NCBI RefSeq assembly: GCF_001194135.2
Contig: NC_068987.1
Location: forward strand, 81,159,635 to 81,223,634
DNA length: 64,000 bases
Origin: Octopus bimaculoides
Taxonomy: Eukaryota
Reading direction: 5' to 3'
How positions within the stretch are numbered: the first letter of the stretch is position 1; each line of letters opens with the position of its first letter. Positions 25,310-38,182 of this stretch are shown piece by piece. The notes beneath the pieces are model-generated. The model worked only from the letters and a program-made list of their open reading frames with translations. It made no database searches and was not told the DNA's origin. The translations under genes and the position numbers were made by a program.

Positions 25310-26530
25310 CATCATCATCATCATTTAACGTTCGTTTTCCATGCTGGCATGGGTTGGCCGGTTTGATAGGAGCTGACCAACTGAAGAGGTGTTTAGACTC
25401 CATGTCTGTTTTGGCATGGTTTCTCTGGCTGGATGCCCTTTCTAACACCAATCACTTTATGGACTGTATTGGGTGCTTTTATGCAGCACTGGCATGGGTG
25501 CTTTCTATGTGGCACCAACACCTACAAGCCCAGAAGATAAGGGATGCTCTGCTGGAGAAGATTACATGGAATAAGCCTGTATGCAAGAGCAACCACACTT
25601 TTACTTAACTTGACATGACTTTTCAAGCATAGCAAACTGCCAGGAGCCTCAGTTCTCCGTCATCCCCTCTGTAAGTCCCAACGTCTGTAGATCCTTTCTC
25701 ACCACTCTGTCCTACATCTTCCTGGGTCTACCATTTCCACATGTTCCCTCTACAGTTAGAGATTGACACCTCTTGATGCAACTGTTTTCATTCATACACA
25801 TTACATGGCCATACTAGCATAATCATCTCTGTTGCACACTACATCTAGTGCTATGTATATCTAGTTTTTCTCTTAAATCACATTCTGTCGTATATACACA
25901 CTGACATTACTTATCAAGTGAAACATGTTGGCTTTATTTCTTGCAAGTCTTCACACATCCTCAGTAGTCACAACTCATATCTCACTGCCATGTAGCATAG
26001 TTGTTCATGCACAGGCATCATACAATTTGCCTTTTACTCTGAGGGAGAGGCCTTTCATTACTAACAGAGGTAGTAGCGCTCTGAACTTCACCCAGCCTAT
26101 TATTCTAGCAGCTATGCTTTCAGAATAAACGCCACCTAAGTAATAGAAGCGGTCTACTACTTCTGGGGATCCCTGCTGGCATGTGAAGGAGTCTATTTTT
26201 TATACATTGCTGCACATCTGCCACATGTAAAGACTGCTTTCTCTGTTAGCCACCCAGTGATACTGCTGCACCTCTTATTTGTCTATAGCTTGCACTGGGT
26301 ACACCGTATGGAGTTTCTTCCAAAACCTTTCCTACACATCAAGCAGAGCTATCTCCCTGAAAGGATCTGTGATTTGTCTGTTTTCCTACTTATCAATACT
26401 TTGGTCTTTGCTAAATTAACTCTAAGTCCCTTTGATTCCAGACCTTGCTTCCATACCTGAAATTTCTTCACTAGTTCTGGTAGTAACTCAGCTATAAGAA
26501 CAAGGCCATCAGCACAGAGGAGCTCCCAAT
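25308..26530 (-). mobile_element. RTE-clade LINE, 5'-truncated (RT domain to tail)
   Basis: Minus ORF LLCADGLVLIAE...GLESKGLRVNLAKTKVL (decayed YADD region), C-terminal remnants, 3' UTR and (GAT)n tail. Confidence 0.88.
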
Positions 26531-26569
26531 GGCAGCCAGTAAAAAGCACCGTTCAAGCATTATACCATT

Positions 26570-26872
26570 TGGAGGCAGTGACAAGTGACCAAGACATTTG
26601 ACAATGCACCCTGCTTGTGTAGAGCTGTCAAGCCAAGTGAGACCATAGTCATGGCTGACGCCGGTGTCAGATCAATAGCACCTGTGCTGGTGGCACATAA
26701 AAAACACCCACTGCACTCCTGGAATGGTTGGCATTAGGAAGGGCATCCAACTGTAGAAATCTTGTCAAATCAAATCAGAACCTGGTGCAGCCCCCTGGCT
26801 TACCAGTTTTCAGTCAAACTAACCAACCCGTGACAGCATGGAAAGTGGATGTTAAATGATGATGATGATGAT
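26570..26872 (+). mobile_element. RTE 3'-end repeat copy
   Basis: Matches the repeat family and ends in TAAATGATGATGATGAT. Confidence 0.85.
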
Positions 26873-26877
26873 ATATA

Positions 26878-27030
26878 TGATGAGCTTCTTTCAGTTTCCA
26901 TCTACTAAATCCACTCACAATGTTTTGCTATAGTAGAAGACACTTGCCTAAGCTGCCGCACAGTGGGACTGAACCTGGAACCATGTTGATGGGAAGTAAG
27001 CTTCTTACCACACAACCACACCTGCACCTA
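26878..27030 (-). mobile_element. CORE-type SINE head
   Basis: TAGTAGAAGACACTTGCCTAAG...GGGACTGAACC...CTTACCACACAACCAC matches the family reverse complement. Confidence 0.75.
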
Positions 27031-27504
27031 TATATACATATATATTTATGTATGTATATGTGCTACATGTGTGTGTGTGTGTGCATGTGTGCACTCATAC
27101 ATGTTTGTGTGTATTACTAACTCCTTGCCTTGACTCCATGTGATAGTTGTAAACAAATGTCACTGTTACACAATCTTCTGTGAAAAAGTGTTTGGTCATG
27201 GGGAATATTACTTTACTTGGAAACAGGTGAGGATTAGACAGAGGAAGAGCATCTGGTTGTAGGAAATCTACCTCAACAAAATTCTATCCAATCCAAGGAG
27301 CATGGCACATTGGATACTAAAATAATGATTATGTGTTGAAAAGCACAAAGCTACTGGACAGTTCATTGCAAAATGACATTGTAGGATACTGACTATTAAT
27401 CACAGGGTTTAAACATCCTCATAGATGTACACACACACACACACACACAAAACATATCCATGAATACATATTTTCATGTTCACCCCCCCCCCCCCCCACA
27501 CACA

Positions 27505-27660
27505 CACATGCATGATATGCTTTGTACAGTTTCTACCAATTTGAGTCACAAAGTACTGGTTGACCTGGGTGGCAACAGTAGTAAACATTTTCCCTTTGGT
27601 ACCACCGAGTGGAACTGAACCCAGAAACATGTGGTTGTAAAATAAATTTATTAATCACAC
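27505..27660 (-). mobile_element. CORE-type SINE head, degraded
   Basis: AGTTTCTACCAATTTGAGTCACAAAG...GGAACTGAACCCAGAAACATGTGGTTG similar to the family. Confidence 0.55.
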
Positions 27661-28610
27661 TTGTCTGACTCACATGTGCTAATATTCACTAGATGTTGCT
27701 TTTAATTCACTGAATGTTTAATTTTACAAATTTAACAATAAAAAAATGATTTCTCAAATTTATATTTTGTCCAATATTGAAGGAAAAAAAAAACATGCTG
27801 TTAATTTTTTAAAACACAAAAAGTTAATTCTTCTCATTACAAAGACTGAAAATATTCTCATTCAACCAGGCTGTATTTTATTCTTTTTGTATTTCATTCT
27901 TTTAATCTTTTACTGATTTCAGTCACTGAACTGTTTTACCAGTTTAATACAAGGTCAAACACAACATTGATCAGTTTTTTTCATTCATGGAGACAGGGGG
28001 AAGTTTGTGAAAGCTAATCTACCTTAATGGAGATGCATAAGGGTTATAATACCAAAGCATTATACCCTAACAACTGACAAAATCAATGGTTGCCATGAGA
28101 GATTATTCTGTCATGCTCTTGTCCCATATAAACTACAATTTCTAAATTCAAAATATTTCATTTCCTAAATATGATTGATGTTAATTAGAATGGCAATTCA
28201 GGTGTGCAGAAAGAAGAGTTTCCAACTCTTTCCTTCTTTCCAAATGATAATTTTTAAAACTCTGGTGGGCAAGGTGTTGATATTAATAAATGCCCCAGAG
28301 TCAATGTTTTATCATTTACGTTTACATTTATTTATTTTAAATCACATATTACAAACAGTAGCATCGTTGATTACTGGCTTCTGCTGGTCCAAAGATTTTT
28401 TGATAGCATGAATGTCAAGGAACTTGGCATATTAATCTGGAATTCATTCTTGAAGCACAAGTGTTCTTAGTTTTCTTGCTTGTTCTCATATCTTTTGGTC
28501 AGTATGCACCTGGAGAAAATATGCATGCACACATGTACATGCATGCACACATACACATGTGCACATGTGTGCATGCACATGCACACATGTATACACATAT
28601 ACACATACAT

Positions 28611-28619
<9 letters not shown>

Positions 28620-28649
<30 letters not shown>

Positions 28650-28790
28650 GTTTCTGTCAACTAAATCTTCCTCAGAAGATACTGGATAAATTGAGATTAT
28701 GGCAGAAGACACTTTCTACTGTGCTATATTCTTGGATCAATCCCAAAACTATGTGGATGTGAAATTACAACTACCCAGCTATGCTTACAC
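28620..28790 (-). mobile_element. CORE-type SINE head, degraded
   Basis: AGTTTCTGTCAACTAAATC...GCAGAAGACACTTT...CAAAACTATGTGG similar to the family. Confidence 0.5.
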
Positions 28791-30328
28791 CTGTTTATTC
28801 ATCTCCTTTCTTTCTCTTCCTTCTGTTAGCAGGATCACAGCTCCCTTTTACCCCCTCATATTATCAAGGTTAGAGTTGATTCATGTACAGTTTTAAGCAT
28901 CAGATGAGAATTAAAATTAAACATTTTATTTTCTACATATCTAGAGGGTTCTTTCATCATCTGCAAAATCTGTTTTGATAAGGCTAACTAACCATTTCAC
29001 TAAACATTTGCAATAAAATGAGTCTGACAGTATATAATAACTTAGGAAGGAATGAATTCATGCATATGGGAATAATTCAGATGAACTAGATACAGGTGTT
29101 CAAAATTGATTAAAACATATGTAAAAAAGTGCTTCCAAAAACTGAGTGACTATAGGAAGCTGATTACTAAAAAGTAAAAGGATTATGTCAACTTGTTTTT
29201 GCTATCAGTAAGATACAACTTCAAAGTAATAATTTAGAAACTAGATGTAATTCTAAAAGTGGATGAAATAAAATATTGATGGCTTCATCCATATAGTAAT
29301 AGATACTGTATTTATATACATAAAAAAAAGCAGAAGCCAGCTACATAGACTGTTGGAAACAACTTACAGTGTATCAGCAATTAATAGCAAGATATTTTAT
29401 GACAAATAGTATTAAAATAGGTAAAAGAAAAATGATTGCGCTCTACTTATAGATTCTTCTTAGGTATATACAATACAAAAGTCATAATAAGGATACAAAT
29501 AACATGAGACAGAACATGTCAGAAAAAAGCAAGCATACAAACATATCCAATAAATTTGAAAAAAAGAATTTCACAGCAATTCAGAAAATGAGAAGTATAA
29601 TTTGTGTATGGCCATATTGCTAAAGGTCGGAACAAACTGAACTGGGATAATGAACAGTTGCACATTACTAAATAGTTATCTGCCACACTGCTAAGTATAT
29701 CTTCAGAAAGGATATTCTAAAGCTCAGTTAAGCTAGTGTTACAATATTAATAAAGTAGAAGACATTAAAAAGTAAGCTAAAAAATATTATGTAACAAAGA
29801 AAAAATAAATTACTCGAAAACTAATACAATTTATATATTTGGAAAATTCAGGAGATAACTCCAGAAATGATTCAGATTTACATTATGACCTCATAAGCAA
29901 AACATAGTCTTCAATATGTTTACCGAAATATTGATGGAAAAAAAATCACTGAATAAATAACTGTACAAGATGTACATTGGCTAGCATAGGAAAATAGAAT
30001 TGTTTAGATAATAAATAACTTAGAGATGCCATTCACCTGGAAAGCAATAGTTAGTGATAATATATAGAAAACAGAGAGCATAAAAAAATGCTAACTAGAA
30101 ATAATTATGCAGTGAAGTAAAAGTAATATTAGTCCATGACTAATATTATTTACATTATTTGGTGACAAACATAATATAACCACTCATTAATTCTCAGAAT
30201 TTACTTAGGAAGCTTTCAACAAGAAAAATGCCATATCATATAATAATCATCATACTCATAAGCAGGAACATACCTCATCTTGCTACAATCTTGTAGATAA
30301 CAAAAGCACACTGCCTATAAAATAATAC

Positions 30329-30696
30329 CAGCAAGAGCACCCAGTGAGTGTAAACCTCTGCCAAGGCAACACCAATGTCCTCTCAATGATTAGGCAGGTG
30401 TGATTTTTAAAAATGAGAATATCGGAAATAAACTCAGCTACTATCACAAACGAGAATACTAAAAGTGAATCCAACCACTCTCAAAACAATTAAGTAAGAA
30501 AACAGGAAAACTAATCCTGAATCCTTGTCCGGTACTGGATCAATCCCAAAATCTAATCAGTTCGTGCCAGTCACATGGCCGAACATCCCTGAAAGTTTCA
30601 TTTGAATCCATCCAGCAGTTCTTGAGATATCTTGTCTATGGACAAACAAATGCTACTGAAGACAATACCTCTGCTTTCGCTAAGGTGGAGGTAATT
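30329..30696 (+). mobile_element. Non-autonomous Helentron/HINE-like element
   Basis: Subterminal ACCTCTGCC (30354-30362) is inverted to GGTGGAGGT inside a 3' hairpin ACCTCTGC-tttcgctaag-GTGGAGGT. The body has the AAAGTTTCAT..AATCCATCCAGCAGTTCTTGAGATAT motif common in such elements. Family assignment is by recalled resemblance. Confidence 0.5.
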
Positions 30697-31102
30697 ATTA
30701 AGGAATTTTTTGACCACTCGAAACAATGTTATATTCTACACATGTGTTTCTCAAATTGACCATCACAAATTTCTCATCATTTACTTTCCCCTGCATATAT
30801 GCATATATTAACTTTTAATATCAACACCCTCTACACTTAGCATCATACAATGTCACTAAAAGTAGTTATTAGTATATAAGTGCAGGACGACAAAATATTA
30901 TAAGAAGGATTGCATATGAAAAACTCTGAGTAGCAATGTAATGAACAATCACTTTCAAATAAATGAAGAAATATAATCTACATGTGATGGGTACTTTTTT
31001 CACGATTATATACTCAAAATTTGTATGTATTTGTATCTGTGATTTTGTGTGTGTGTATAGGCACATAAATCATGTTTATATATATATACATGCATATGGA
31101 CA

Positions 31103-31160
<58 letters not shown>

Positions 31161-31198
31161 ATTCCTCTTTTTATATATATATATATATATATGCATAC

Positions 31199-31345
31199 TA
31201 TCATCATCATCATCATTTAATGTCCGTTGTCCATGCTGGCATGGGTTGGATGGTTTAATCAGGGCTAGCAAGCTGAAAGGCTGTGGCAGACACCAGTCTG
31301 ATTTGGCATGGTTTCTATGGCTGGATGCCCTCCCTAATGCCAACC
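31199..31345 (-). mobile_element. RTE 3'-end repeat copy
   Basis: (CAT)n followed by TTTAATGTCCGTTGTCCATGCTGGCATGGGTTGG...GGATGCCCTCCCTAATGCCAACC. Confidence 0.85.
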
Positions 31346-31385
31346 AAATCCATGCAAATATCAGTTTTTATCTCTTGTCTGTATA

Positions 31386-31428
<43 letters not shown>

Positions 31429-32525
31429 ATACACACTCACACAGTCACATTAAGATGTAATGTGTATATGTGACAACTTGCCAATTATGTTAGAGCTCTA
31501 TAAAATTTACTCCTTTAACATTTGAAATTTATATGTCTGGAAGCATAATCATGTACACTATAGCATCCATTACTGAAAGAAAATATATTCTAAACTATAA
31601 CAGGAAACCAGTTGCAGTGATATCTAAATATGTCCACTCCTACGTCTGTTTTCATAAATCTTATATAACTGTACTATTATGCAGCACATGTTTTTAGTGA
31701 ATAGTCTTAACACAGAATTATGACAAATACATTATAATCTTGCTTCTATATAAAGTGAAAAACAATGAGAAAATAAGATGGCAAACAAGTTAGTGTAGCA
31801 TGCTTCACAAGAAGCTATCTTGTCCAACAGGTATTGTGATATATGGTTGCATATCTACCACATAAAGATATTAGAGAATAATAAAGTAATATAGTTGGAA
31901 GATGGTAAGTTATCATCATTTCAAAGAGCAGGTATATAAGAATATATACACATGTGTATACAAGAATACTAAATGAAATGTTTGCGTTTACAGACATTCA
32001 TATATGTTCAAACATATGCTCAGCCACTTGGACAGCAATTTCATGAGCAGGCTGTTCTGTTGATTGGATCAGCAGGAACACTTGTCATAAGTGACTGAGT
32101 GCAAGTTAGTTAAGAATATTGTGGAACGGAAACTTTTCATAAACTGGAATTTAAATCCTAATCTTTATAGAAGTTTATTGTATCAAAAAAGCATTGAAGT
32201 TGAATTACTTTTAATTTTTATAATTATAGATAACAACTCAGGCTATAACCCGAATCAGGCGTGCGTGAACGATGTCGAGAGAACGTGTGCTACGAATAAT
32301 ATTTTTTGACACAGGGCACTTGTAAGAGGACCAACAGACACTGAACGAAAATAAATGAATTGCGACAGGGGTCAATAAAAGGAGTCTGAGTTATTGGCTG
32401 TAATTACATACTTGAAGCCAGTGTTGGCAGAAATTAAATCAGCTTGCTGATTTATACTCGGGCTAAGCCTGAACAGCCTGAGTGCCGGAGTCGTCACTGA
32501 GATATGTATATATACATACATACAT

Positions 32526-32565
<40 letters not shown>

Positions 32566-32567
<2 letters not shown>

Positions 32568-33435
32568 TAGCTGATGTACCTGGTAATTCCCAGGAAAGCG
32601 GGGCTTATCCCTTGGTTCTGTTCTTGCAATTGTTTTCCTAATCCAATAACAACAATACAAAGTATGTAGCCCTTAAAACGGTTTTTGTGCATTTACAGAG
32701 AATACCAAATTGTCTTATACAGGATCTTATTTTTAGGAATTCCCAATAAGTTATGAATACCCAAATTGTGAAGTCAGTTATGTAATAATATGAACTTATT
32801 TACCCAATAGTAAGAACTCAAATAAAGTATCCCCAAAAGGATCTTTTATGCATTCCCTGAGTATATAGAATTTAAGAGGAAATTCTAATAAGGTATGTAT
32901 GCTAAAATCATGAAGCATGTTACGTAATAATAGGCTAATCAGATATGAGATAATAACAATTCAAAGTAAAAAACTCTGAAAAGGGCTTTTGTAGGTTCCC
33001 AGAGAATATTTCACTCAGCAGCGCTAGTGCTGGTATATTCGTGAATGAGTCACTAACCAAAATAAGTGGATCTATTGTTTAGGAAAGTACTATTTACTTG
33101 TTTAAGGGTTATACTGGATAAATTGCAAAAATAAATCTAATAGTTCAAATTCTAAGAAATAAGCATACTCAATTTGATTTATACCAAATGATTTAGGAAA
33201 ATGAATGGGTTATTTCCCTTGGCTGTTAAAATGAAATATATTAGATATATATAAGGATCCTTTCCAGGAACCCTGTTATCGATTTTTCAACAATCTGAGT
33301 ATGCCATAAGGTTTCCAGACATGAGTTGTACTCATGTGTCAAGTTTCATCAAAATCGACAAAACAATGTAGGAGAAGTTAGCTAACAACTCCACAAACGC
33401 ACCCTCAGACAGAATTTCCTACATATGTAGTAGAT
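32566..33435 (+). mobile_element. Non-autonomous Helitron/Helentron-like element with internal ~150-bp degenerate tandem repeats
   Basis: 5' CTAGCTGATGTACCTGG with hairpin CCTGG/CCAGG. About 2.5 degenerate units starting ~32645, ~32808, ~32952. 3' part AAGTTTCATCAAAATCG...TAGTAGAT. Confidence 0.5.
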
Positions 33436-33439
33436 ATAT

Positions 33440-34085
33440 ATAGTTGATGCACTGGAGTAATAGTGCATGGTAAATGGATGTCCTCAGATACCTGGGAGAA
33501 TCTGTTAGAAGTTGTAGATATCTTTTGTTATTTAGGTGACCTAATCAACAGTGGTTGAGGATATTCTGAAAGTATCGAAGTTAGGTAAAGAACAGAATGG
33601 AGAAGTTCAGGGATCTAATCATTTTGTTGGTAACAAAATGTTTCTCTATCAGAGTGAAAGGCAAACTGCATGGTGCTTGTATACAAACTGCAATGCTAAA
33701 TGGTAGTGAGATGGTCCTGAATGTGGAAGATCCGTGAGCACTTGAAAGAAATGTTGCAAGTATGCTCCAGTGGATGTGCACTGTCTATATGCATGATTGG
33801 TCAAGTACAAATGTGTTAAGAGAAAAACTGAGCTCCAGAGGAATCAAACAGTGCGCAAGAGAAAAAACTGCTTTGGTTTATGAATGTCATGCATATGGAC
33901 AAAAATAGTTACCTCAAGAAATGCTGGTCACTCCCTGTTGATCAATCTTATAGAAAAGGAAAACCAAGGAAGATATGAATTGAGGTGGTGAAGGCTGATC
34001 TAAGAATACTGAAACAACTGGTAGAGCTGACAAGGGACTGAGATGCTTAGTGATATGTACTACTGGAGAAGAGTTGTCCAACTAT
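33440..34085 (+). mobile_element. RTE-clade LINE RT C-terminal remnant
   Basis: Translation LLEVVDIFCYLGDL...; GRGKPRK-like remnant at ~33955; homologous to 15068-15610. Confidence 0.8.
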
Positions 34086-34812
34086 GCTTGTACATTGTGG
34101 TTTAGTTTCTCAAAGTGTAATGAATATGCACATAATTGAATCCCCTCCCCACTGATCCTATCAACTGTGTCTCTCCTCTGAGCCATTTCCTACTAACATC
34201 TATTTTTCCTTATTACTATTGACAATCCCCCACCACCTTTGTCACTATGTATCTCTTACTCCCCACAACTCACAATCTCTAACCACACTCCTCAGCACCT
34301 ATTACCCATCCTGTTATCACCCATCTTGTCATCACCCTCTTATTTCTGTGTGATTCTGCTGCTCTAAGAAATGAAAGCAATACCTGTTACAATATACCAT
34401 GCCATATCACCATTATTGTACTTCCAGTCACCTGTCCCTCATGTCAATACTGCTCTTGATCAGTATTCATCTCTCATTCTTATTGTCCCACACTATTATT
34501 GGTCATATCCACCCTGTTTACCATTCACCACATTCGTTCCCTATATATATTTGATCTCCTCCACCAAATGTTTATGTCATATAAACATATATGGTACTTT
34601 GTTGTGAAACATATATGTATATTGATTTCTAACTAGTTATTAGTATTGCTATGCCTAAATGAAATAGTAAAATATATATAACATACATACCTATATACAC
34701 ACACGCACACATGCACGTACACACACATACACACACACACACACAAGTGCATACACATATTGTCTTTCATATACATACAATAAAAATGTGTTCAATCATA
34801 TTTATTTTAAAG

Positions 34813-34912
34813 GGTAAAGGATTTCCAGATATTAATACACGTTTGCTTTTGAAAACTTTATGGAATGAACTCCGCATTCCTGTATTTGGCTTAATGGATG
34901 CTGATGCTCATG
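34813..34912 (+). CDS. SPO11: SPO11 internal exon, TOPRIM domain (GKGFPDINTRLLLKTLWNELRIPVFGLMDADAH + G)
   Basis: ttttaaAG acceptor, GTAAGT donor, 100 nt; conserved GKG.PD..TR and DxD motifs. Confidence 0.95.
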
Positions 34913-37900
34913 GTAAGTTTACTTTTTTGTTTCTAGTTTAAAGATTAGTCTAATGTACGTAAAAGATTTTGAAACTGAATTTTCTTTTTCAGGTTAAATG
35001 ATATAATTTTTCAAATAAAACAAATCTAATATGGAAGAATTTTAAAATTTTAATAATGTATATCTTTGTTGCTTTAAAAACTACATTTGTATTTCATATT
35101 AATGTAATATTATATTTTTTAAAGTTGTATATGGAATGTTATTATTTTGAAATGTTTCAATATGATCTTAATGAATATAATAATGGAAATACTAAAGATC
35201 TGAGCTAATATATTATGTTTCAATACAATTTAAGTATTACTGCAGTGTTATGTCATTTCATTTGTTATTAATATTCATTTCTTTAGTAGTGAAATCTTTT
35301 TTATATTTTAATTGAATATATTCTAAATTATTTGAATGTATGGTAAAGCACATAAATGACTTTGTTAAACAATCTTAATAATAGCTCTTATATGAATAAT
35401 ATCACTAAAATATTGAATAATGTTTTTTTATTTCATTCACCAATATTTCACTGTTTTCTGATAATACTCAAGAACAAGATGGATTAGTTGTATAGATTAG
35501 TGTATTTAAAAGTATTGCTCTTTGTCTACTCATACTGCCACATTGATCTGGAATTTTAGATGGTTTCAAAATTTTAGGAACTTTTTAACATTGCTTGAAG
35601 GTTTCTCATGTAAGAAAGCAGTAACTCTGAGTAGAAACAGAGTAGATTCTTGAGTCTTAGTATTCAACTTTTCTAGTGCTTGTGTCAAAATAAAATGCAC
35701 TTAATCTATTCTTTATTATGGTGGGCAATAGAAAGAGTGTTGTGCTTATACCATGTCCCTGAAAAAAACAGGACATATACAATAAAAATGTTTGAAGGTC
35801 TTCTCTGTTGCTGTGTCTGTTAGATGATGAAGGCCACAACATGTATTAAAATTCTTAAGAGCCATCCACTACATGTCATTATGGCGAAACAGGTATAAAT
35901 GACAATAAAAAAATTTTGTGCAGTGGGAACTAAGAACCATGCAACCTAATTTGACACCAGTGTAAAACAATAAGATATGCATTTGAATTTTCTTGTTTTA
36001 CAGCTCAATCATTGTTTTACAGTTTTAAAAACCTATCATTTCAGTGATGTTGTGAGATTCAAATCAATTTTTGATGTTTCCTTATTTTAGTCTTCTTTCG
36101 TAGCTAAGGATTCAAAACTTTTAGTCATTTTCCATAATCCTTTTTGAATGATTGAATGATGCAGAAAAGTATTCAAAAGTACTCTTTTCCATGTTTGTAG
36201 ATATTATTACTGCTTTCTTGTAAAAATTCTTAGAATATCCTTATTTGCCTTGATTATCAGATAAAACATATACAACAGAGTGATTTGTTAGTTTGGTTAA
36301 CTTCTTGTTATCTATACATTGCTGCAACTTGTAAATATACATTGCTACATTTTCTTCATCCACTTTGCTTATATTCACCAGTATCAAGCTCTCTATTATT
36401 CTGTTAATCCTGATGGCAAAATGTAGTAAAAAAAATGTTCATGCTTCTGTCACATTTTAATCTTTTCTACATAAACAACTTTATATTACATGGGATTCTG
36501 TTGAGATCTGTAGCTTTAACTGTTTGAAGGTTTTCTTTGTTTTTTTACTAGCTCCTTCATGGATTTATATAATTTATCCTAAAATTAAATTTATTGCATC
36601 ATTAACTTAGGTCCAAATAATTGCCAAGAATTGTTTTATTAACAGTTTGGTGCCAGAAGAAATGCAGAGGAAAATTTTGTTTTAATATTTTCATGGCTCA
36701 TTTCATCAGTCCATTATTCTTATTTTAAGGCTGGAGAAAAGATTAGACTCCCACTAGAAAAATATTTAGCTACGACAGTATCTAACAGAAGCATTACAAT
36801 AAGATGAACTTTTAAAGAATTTCATCTAATTGCAGTATTTTTGTTACAGCAAAAAAGCTTACTTATTTGGTACACAATAATTCCTAGATGTTGCACAAGC
36901 ATTTATTGACAGCATTTGCAAACTGTTAATGAAGAAAAGTGTATGAATATTATGCTTATTTTGTTTCATTACACTGATTTTCCTTGCATATCTGCTGACA
37001 GAAGTATTTGATAAACATATGCCTATTGTTTGTGCTGGAAACCTGTCTTGATTTTGTTTTCTTATATTTTCTGAAAATGCATTTATAAGTTGATAGTTTT
37101 ACAAGTTGTCATCAGCAATTTCATGGTTTTAACATTATACAAAGTATAAATGAAATGCATGAATATATTTGATATTCATGACTTTAAATCAATGAATATA
37201 AATAATTATAAAGACAAGAGATACTATGTTATTGATTTAGCTCATTATTATTATCATTTTATATGACCTGTAAGCTATTTATCATCTGTGACATATCCAT
37301 ATACTAGATAAACTATTTTGGTTTTTTCAAGGAAATATTTTCTGCTTTCTATTCTATAGTAAAAATATGCAAGTTTTGTTGATAAATCCAAGTGGTTTGA
37401 TAATGATTGAGTCCTTGTTCTTTTGTTCTTGTTTTACAGTTGCAATTTTAACTGAACTACTTTATTGTTGTAGCATGTTTTCATGAAGGGTTTTGCATAA
37501 TATCCTAATATGGTTATTATAAACTATATATATGTATGTATGTATGCATGTGTGTATGTGTAAATTTATATGCATATATATGTATGCCTGTACGAATTGT
37601 GTAACCTCTTAAATTGTTTATCTAAACATAGTACTTTAAATGTGGAAGATACCTGACTAAATAAAGAATTGTCTCTTGTGATTTATATATTCTTCAGGAA
37701 GATACTTAGATCAGAGGGAACATAATAAGAAAGATATAAATGTAGAGTTGTAAGTGCAGCATATAAGTGTAGCATACTCGCTTATTTTTAATATTTGCCT
37801 TTACTGTTTGCAATTAAAGAAAGCTGTAAGAGAAACAAAATTTTATCATATTAACCGGAGAACCAGTTTGATAATATTATAAAGCAGCACATACCAAGAA

Positions 37901-38182
37901 AGTGCATCATAAAATCACTTAGAATATCTAACATAATTTCAAAATTCCATTCTCTTCTAAGGTCATTTTCCAGTTCCATGTGAAAAGCTAAAATAGCTAT
38001 TTTGAATATTGCATTAGCCTAAATGGTTGTATTGTATTGAAATAAAGTTTCACCTTGTGATCCTACCCTATATTGTTTTCATTCTGGAAATTTTAATAAA
38101 TCATAAATCTGAGTAGATGATAAAATACAATTAATAGACACAAATGCAATGTTAAAAACAAAAATATAATGAATTTAATATA

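Noticed and set aside
25029-25608. ORFs with HTHT/VCVC/YIYI/SLSL runs here and throughout the window
   Set aside because: Translations of (CA)n, (TA)n and (GA)n microsatellites.
25308-26872. Back-to-back RTE copies with outward-facing tails, suggesting a twin-priming inversion
   Set aside because: Both halves have their own 3' tail, so two independent insertions are the simpler explanation.
32640-33010. Spaced repeats as a possible CRISPR-like array
   Set aside because: Degenerate contiguous tandem units in eukaryotic intron DNA with no unique spacers or cas genes.
37698-37749. AG...GTAAGT-bounded 52-nt segment open in the SPO11 frame (GRYLDQREHNKKDINVE)
   Set aside because: No similarity to the expected next SPO11 exon and wrong exit phase; such splice-like pairs occur by chance. 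Only RNA-seq could support a cryptic exon.
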